Shown: piece after piece, positions 27,829-64,000 of the stretch
Numbering within the stretch: position 1 is the first letter of the stretch
How the letters are laid out: each line of letters begins with the position of its first letter
Source: Harriotta raleighana
Taxonomy: Eukaryota
NCBI GenBank assembly: GCA_050575255.1
Contig: JBNZDD010013689.1
Span: 1,716,031-1,780,030, forward strand
Reading direction: 5' to 3'
DNA length: 64,000 nt
Notes under the pieces: model-generated
The model's database searches: none
What the model saw: the letters and a program-made list of their open reading frames with translations, nothing else
What the model was told of the DNA's origin: nothing
Program-made: the position numbers and the translations under genes

Positions 27829-28510
27829 AACAACAACAACAAAATTACATTTATAGAGCGCGTTTCACGTCAGGAGGACGTCCCAAGGCGCTGGACAGAT
27901 GATTTAAGACCCGAGCAGGGGGAAATGTTCGGGGCGAGGGGGGAGTGGGAGGGTGGGAGCAAGGAGGAGGTAGAGAGTCGAGAGGGGAGCTGAAGGCACG
28001 GTCGAAGAGAAAGGTCTTGAGACCGGCCTTGAAAGAGGAAAGGGAGGGAGCGAGGCGAAGGCACTGGGGGATGGAGTTCCAGAGCCTGGGGGCTGAGCAG
28101 CTGAAAGCCCGGCCGCCAATGGTAGGGCGGTTAGGGCAGGGGATGTGGAGCAGACCAGAGCCAGAGGAACGGAGGGTACGGGCAGGTAGATAGGGGGATA
28201 TTAGGTCGGAGAGGTAGGAGGGAGCAAGGCCGTGAATGGCCTTGTAGGTGAGGATGAGGATCTTGAAGTCGATCCTCTGGGGGATGGGGAGCCAGTGGAG
28301 ACGGGCGAGGGTGGGAGTGATGTGGTCTCGAAGCCTGGTGCGGGAGAGAACACGAGCTGCAGAGTTCTGGATGACCTGCAGCTTGTGGATGGAGGAGCCG
28401 GGAAGGCCCACGAGGAGAGAGTTCCCATAGTCCAGCCTTGAGGTGATGAAGGCGTGGACCAGTATCTCAGCAGCATGAGGGGTGAGGCAGTGTCGCAGTC
28501 TGGCGATGTT
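27829..28510 (-). mobile_element. L2 LINE 3' portion, young copy with open frame
   Basis: Uninterrupted [10 protein letters not shown]...[14 protein letters not shown]...[15 protein letters not shown]...[10 protein letters not shown] frame, intact tail, (CAA)n on the + strand. Confidence 0.93.
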
Positions 28511-28840
28511 ACTAACCAGAGACAAGACGCTATCTTGTCTCTGGTTAGTTGCGTAATGTGGCCATTGATGTTCCTCACAAGGAAAAATTGTGTGGAGCGT
28601 ACAAGCTCACGTGCTGAGAATAGAAAAGCTAAAAATATTAGGAAATAGTATTTTAAATCAAATCTATCAAATATACACAGCGCAGATTCACTCACAAAAC
28701 ACAGTCACTCACCTGTGAAGCGCTTTGAGATGTGAAAGGAGCCATACCATATGATAGGATTATCACTGTTATGATAGCTTAACAATATAAAATCAAATAC
28801 AAAACAAGCAGAACAATTTATGACTGAGAGCCAGCAGCTT

Positions 28841-29035
28841 TAATAATAATAAAAATCCTTGCATTTGATATAGTGCTTTTCACATCTTATCAACGCCTCA
28901 AAGCACTTCACAGAATATATTGTAAATTGACTGTATATTTGTGGGCAAAACACGGCAGCCAACTGCGCACAGCAGTGTCGCACAAATAGTCGTGGATTGA
29001 AATGACCAATTTTTATTATTGTGGTTTTTTTGGGA
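28841..29035 (-). mobile_element. tRNA-derived SINE, 3' two-thirds
   Basis: Tail and body present, head absent. Confidence 0.82.
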
Positions 29036-29449
29036 CGGAATCTTCTCACACGACCTTTCCTTTCCCCTGAGCCGTCTATACTACAAAATAATAATGCTTG
29101 CGCTTTATCACCTCATTATTTATCACCTTTATCCACCTCTGCTAGATTGCCACAGAGATCATTTTTCAGGATTCTGAAAACAATTCCACAAACTTGGGAT
29201 GCCAATGGATTTCTGTTCCCATTCCACCAGGAATAAGGGAGAACAGAAAGAATGTGGGGGCCACCATGTGGACAACACTTGTATTACTACTGAACAGTGC
29301 AAGCCGGATTTGAGCCAGGACAGGGAGCGAATCAATAAAGATCTTAACATAAATGCTAATTTGTAAAATAAAGGTTAAAAGTTCAAACACAAAATTAAAC
29401 TAAGTAATATTCACAGAGTTACTACCCTGATATGTTGTTTAGCGCTATG

Positions 29450-29615
29450 AATAATAAATAATATTCCTTGCATTTGATACAGCACTTTTTACGTCTTCTA
29501 GACGTCTCAAAACACTTCACAGAATATAAGTGAATTAACTGTATATTTGCAGGTGAGACACAGCAGACAATTATACACAATAATGTCCCACAAGCAGTCG
29601 TTGTTTGAATTTTTT
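29450..29615 (-). mobile_element. SINE 3' fragment
   Basis: Family tail and body. Confidence 0.75.
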
Positions 29616-30486
29616 TTAGGGCTGTTGCTCTGGAACTATAATTTGCCAGCATCCAGCATATTGGCTGCTGAGTTTCACCCAAAAAACAATCAATCCATTA
29701 CAGTATATTCTGTGAAGCACTTTGAGATGTCTCAATGACATGATAAGGCAATGTATCAAAATCAAAACAATGTTGTTTCCAAGTTATGGCTTAGTTATAG
29801 TGGTAGGCCTTCTCCGAGTAAATGCATACAGGTCAGAAGGAGCTTTTTGTAATATAGTACAGTACTAATATGTGACGTTGTGTGACCTGACGATGGATGG
29901 CGTCTTAGAGCGCATCACAATAGTTAGTTCCAAATGAAGGAAATTATCCAACACAATTATTCTGTATGATCACCTTGGAACACATTTATATTCTGTGAAG
30001 CACTTTAAAAAGTCTCGACAACAACAACAAAATTACACTTGTATAGCGCCTTTCACGATGGGACGATGTCCCAAGGCGCTGGACAGTCATCGTTTCAGAC
30101 CCAAGCTGGGGGCTGGGAGGGAAAGTGGGGGATTTAGAGTCAACAATATGATAAGACATTTATATCAAATGCAAGAACCAACATTATTATTAAATCTCAA
30201 GGAAATCACTTTGCTTCTTTGCAGAGTGATTGCAGCAATCAGCAACAAAACACGGATAGCGGCAATGTTCTACTGTTACTACAAGACACCCGAGATAACA
30301 AGTCATTGTTTGTTCTTAGTTTGCAAACTCGTCCTTTTAAGCATTTAGGAAATACAATGCTTTGTTTACACTTTGGGGAGTAAACCTTCCTCTGGTTTTA
30401 TCTGCACCAGCTAATGAATTGAGGCTATAAGTTTATTCTCTGCACGAAAAATAACTTGCAATCATTATTTTTGTCAGCTATTATAG

Positions 30487-31040
30487 TAATAATCATCGCA
30501 TTTGATATAGCGCCTTATCACATAATTGTATTTCACATGATTTACTGTAAAGTAGATTTACTATATTTTGTGGATTGACGACATTTTACAAGGGTCAGTT
30601 TTGCACTCAGGAACACCCACAACCAGCCATGAAGTGATGACCGATTTTGTTGGCCAGGAGAAAATACCTTCCGTTTTTTAATGGTGCCATGGATCTTTAA
30701 TGTCCATCTGAGCAGGCAGACGGGACTTCAGTTTGATGTCTCATCTAAAGAACACCATCTCCATCATGGTCCAACTAGCATGGCCCACCCATCCCCCTCA
30801 CCAGCATTCTCTCTATTTCATCTGGTCTACCCACTTCCTCCATAACCTGTAAATGTGATGTTTTGTTTCTGGAAGGGAAACACAAAAATATTGCTTATAT
30901 GGCCAGCAGACTTTTCTCAAATAGGGCCTCAGCAGCCAAAAGGTTGGACTACCTTGGTTTAGACAATGTGATTCCAAGTCCTGACATGGGGCTGAACCCA
31001 CAAAAGCATGGAATGAGATAACACTACTCAGCCCATCATG
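30487..31040 (-). mobile_element. Old DeuSINE-like element, interrupted
   Basis: Tail at 30487, core gccatggatctttaatgtccatctgagcaggcagacggg...gtttgatgtctcatc, head remnant near 30960-31040. Confidence 0.55.
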
Positions 31041-32191
31041 CCGATTCCTTCTACAGTTCACATCATAGGACTTATTATTATTTATTCACATAAATGTAAT
31101 GTCTTAGAATGCTATACAGAATTTACTGTAATGTACAGTGACTGTGTAAGACTTCACATTGTGGCTGCTTGTAGGACATTACAGTGCACAAATTGATTTC
31201 AGCGTTTGCAATCAATTAGCAATGCCCACATGCTTTTCAAACTGAGTTTGACCGCTCACTAAAAGTTCACTAACATTTAATTCTGCATTTTAAAACAGCA
31301 AGTTAAAATCCAGCAAAATCTAGAAATCACGGGAGTGGAACCCAGTTTTGAAGAGTGCCACAAATGAATTGATTGTTGTGAGCCCTAGTCTACAGGAGCT
31401 GTCACTAAGATAAGGTTCAATTAACTGCTGACTAAGGAAGGTGTAAATTACTCTTTGAACATTCGGCTAGCAGATGGATAACACAACAACTGTGTTTATA
31501 AAGCGCTCTCCACGCCAAGTGGCGTCTCAAAGCACTTAACAATAGCGGAGCCCGAGGGTGAGGCCGAACCATGTACTCTCACTGAGCATGTGATGCCTTT
31601 GGACTTTGACTACAGAATTCCTTAGTTTGTTTTAGAGCCTTCAAGTTCTCCTGTAAATTCAACGCATTTGTTTTACAGCCACAAATAAATAAGCATTTAC
31701 TCTGTCTGTTTTAGTGTTTCGATTTTTACAATAGTCCAGTGTCTCGTGGTGCCAAAACCTCTCACAGCCTTTCATAGACACAAACACTAACTATTTTGAA
31801 ATGCAGTTATTGATCTATATGCAGTGTCGCAGCAAATCTGTGCCAACAATATTCTGCAAACAGTAATTAGAAACGTGGCTAATTCCTCTTCTTTTTCCAC
31901 GGTCAATTTGAATGCTGGGGCAATGTTGGCCAAGACAGTTGGAAATCTCCCAGCTCCTCTTCAAGATATGGAAATGGGATCGTTAACATGCACCACAACA
32001 GGCAGACAAAACAAATGAGATTTCTTTTGTTGAAACGGGAAAGGATGACCTGGCTTTATTTTAGCCATTCCACTGCACATTAGAAGGTCGCAAACATCTT
32101 ACTTGCAGGTTGTATTCCAAATAATTAGTCAACCACAATAACATGAGAAAAACTTCAAAAGCAATTTTTTTTTACAAAGGTTGGTAATAAT

Positions 32192-32524
32192 TAGCTCCTG
32201 TGGCTCAGTGGTTAGAGCACTCGTCTTACATGCCTTACAAGCAAGAGGCCTGTGTTTGAATCCAGGCAGATCAGGGCGAAACCTTGGGCAAGTTTCCTTA
32301 CTCCACATGCCTAATAATAATCCATCCAAAAAAAAATACAATAATAAAATTGGTCATTTCAATCCATGACTGTTTGTGGGACGCTGCTGTGCGCAATTGG
32401 CTGCCGCATTTCGCCCACAAATATACAGTCAATTCACTTTACAGTATACTCTGTGAAGCGCTTTGGGACGTTGATAAGATGTGAAAAGCGCTATATCAAA
32501 TGCAAGGATTATTATTATTATAAT
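32192..32524 (+). mobile_element. tRNA-derived SINE, full length
   Basis: A/B boxes, body and (ATT)n tail; short internal duplication (cttaca...cttaca). Confidence 0.9.
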
Positions 32525-32767
32525 TCTTGTTTGATACAACAGTTACTGTGCCCAAATGTTTCAAAGGGCTTCAAATGTAGTTACTGTATATTTATAGACA
32601 AATACTGTATCTATTTGGTATACAGCATTATCTCACAATAGCCATGAAGTGAATTGGTCACAGGATTGTTAGCCAGGAAACCAGGAGAAACTTCTCTTTT
32701 CTTTTCATATAGCGTCATCTTTAATATCCATCTGAAATGGCATTCATGCATAATTCACAATCAGAAA

Positions 32768-33029
32768 AAATAATCCTTGCATTTTATATAGCGCTTTTCA
32801 CATCTTTTAGACATCTCAAAGCGCTTTGCAGAATAAGTTGTAAAGTGAATTGTCCTTATATTTGTGGACGAAACGCGGCAGCCATTTGTACACAGGAGTA
32901 TCCCAAAAACAATCGTGGATTGAAATGACCAATTTATTATTGCTTTTTTTTCCAAGGAATTATTATTAGGCATGTGGAGTAAGGAAACTTGCCCAAGGTT
33001 TTGACCTACCAACGAGGTATAGGACTCCA
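32768..33029 (-). mobile_element. tRNA-derived SINE with deleted head
   Basis: Reverse complement of body and tail; most of the tRNA part is lost. Confidence 0.85.
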
Positions 33030-33196
33030 CAAGTTGTTCACTAAGTGAAAAGATGGTACAGTATTTGGAGAGGTTTCCACCATATTACAACAGAAATTTA
33101 CATTTATATAGGGCTTTTCACAACAGAAAAGTGTGCCTGCCTTAAGGCCAATATTGTGAATCCCTGTTGTATTTTGTATCGTCACACATCAGTACA

Positions 33197-33438
33197 TAAA
33201 CCATGGGCAAGTTTCCTTACTCCACACCTAATAATAATCCGTCAAAAAAAAACCTCCACAATAATAAAAATTGGGTCACTTTAATCCATAACTGTTTGTG
33301 GGACACTGCTGTGCACAATTGGCTGCCGCGTTTCGCCCACAAATAAACAGTCAATTCACTTTACAGTGCATTCTGTGAAGCGCTTTGAGGCATCGATAAG
33401 ATGTGAAAAGCCCGAGATCAAACTCAAGGATTATTATT
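33197..33438 (+). mobile_element. tRNA-derived SINE, 5'-truncated
   Basis: gggcaagtttccttactccac through the family tail. Confidence 0.87.
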
Positions 33439-33699
33439 TTAAAATTCACCTGAACACACAAAAAAAGCCTTGATTTAAAGTCTCATTTAAAGCATTGCAG
33501 TTTGCAGTGGAGCATCAGGCCAGATTATGAGCTCAAATGACCAAAATGGGGGCTTGAATCTACAATCCTGACTCGGGAGTCCTGTACTACCAACTGAGAC
33601 AGGTTTGCACCATGTATGAAAGTCTCTGGAGTAAATAGTAGAGGAATGCAAGGCTGTGCTTAACCACTGTGACGACCTCTTAACCATTTCAGGCGAGAG

Positions 33700-34353
33700 A
33701 TATTTAATTAGTTCCAGCTTCCTCGGGTTTTTTGGTGTTCTCATTTTAAAAAAAATAAGGGTGCGAATTTTCTTCATGCGAAGATTGTACATCGCTTAAT
33801 AGAAAAACAGCACTTTGAACCCAAAATGCGAAGGGCAAACGGTAAAATCCAAGCATACCAATCCTGCTCTAAAGGCGGAGTCATTTGCTGCAACGTGATC
33901 TCTTTTTTGGGGGGTGGGGTGGCTGTTCCTATTTCAAGTCTGTGTTTGACATCCGAAAAGTATTTCCTTTGTAAGAGAGGAGGGTGGGAAGCCATTTCCA
34001 CGAAAAAAATAACGAATCTACAAATACCCCCACTGAAGTGTCAGAAACGTTCAAATCAGTTCGATCTGACATAAGAGTGGCGAGCAGTAACGAGGGTGTT
34101 TCGTTTTACGTATTCTGGCATCAGAGACACAAAGGTGGTGGGGGGGGATATACGATTTGATCTGATCNACGAGGGTGTTTCGTTTTACGTATTCTGGCAT
34201 CAGAGACACAAAGGTGGTTGGTGGTGGGGGGGGATATACGATTTGATCTGCTTTGATTTGATCTGGGGTGACTGTGTAGACGGGATCGTTCAGATTCGCT
34301 TTCGCCCTTTTCTTATAAAAAAAATAAAAACAAATATCTGCCAGTTGGACATC
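33700..34353 (+). promoter_or_regulatory. Probable PFKL proximal promoter / 5' UTR region
   Basis: Lies directly upstream of the ATG, lacks interspersed repeats and has more CpG than the flanks; the transcription start cannot be placed. Confidence 0.5.
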
Positions 34354-63870
<29,517 letters not shown>

Positions 63871-64000
63871 GTAAGTAGAGCTGAATTCTGGTACACAAGG
63901 TGTGTTTTGTGTGTGGCATTGCTACTGTTCCTGGTGGATTTTCAAACAACCAGTCAGCACAGTACCCTTCAGAAGTGCGTGTTTGACTGACCACAAATAC

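Noticed and set aside
20202-28695. 206-aa and 224-aa ORFs as host genes
   Set aside because: They are C-terminal L2 ORF2 remnants lacking the endonuclease and RT core
1-34000. Expected syntenic neighbour such as AIRE, which lies upstream of human PFKL
   Set aside because: I found no CARD, SAND or PHD-like exons by eye; absence is not proven without a translated search

Overview
Vertebrate genomic DNA, most likely from a cartilaginous fish (inferred from the repeat content and a fish-like PFK). The right half (34354-63870, + strand) holds coding exons 1-21 of a liver-type ATP-dependent 6-phosphofructokinase gene (PFKL). I traced every exon by hand: all have GT-AG boundaries and compatible phases, and the final exon lies beyond the window. 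Exon 5 appears twice inside a 1.7-kb duplication around an N gap, most likely an assembly artefact; five other N gaps show the same pattern. The left half (1-34 kb) has no recognisable protein-coding gene. It is dominated by a ~300-bp tRNA-derived SINE, 5'-truncated L2 LINE pieces with (TTG)n tails, CR1 fragments and an unclassified ~350-400-bp dispersed repeat, all of which also occur in the introns. Two TA-flanked Tigger/pogo-like MITEs are present. The most notable observations are a CpG-rich element in PFKL intron 1 with three YY1 motifs and a possible antisense first exon, L2 insertion junctions with snap-back or templated filler DNA and ~5-bp target duplications, and nested insertions. 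Most entries in the supplied ORF track are spurious. Repeat boundaries are approximate.
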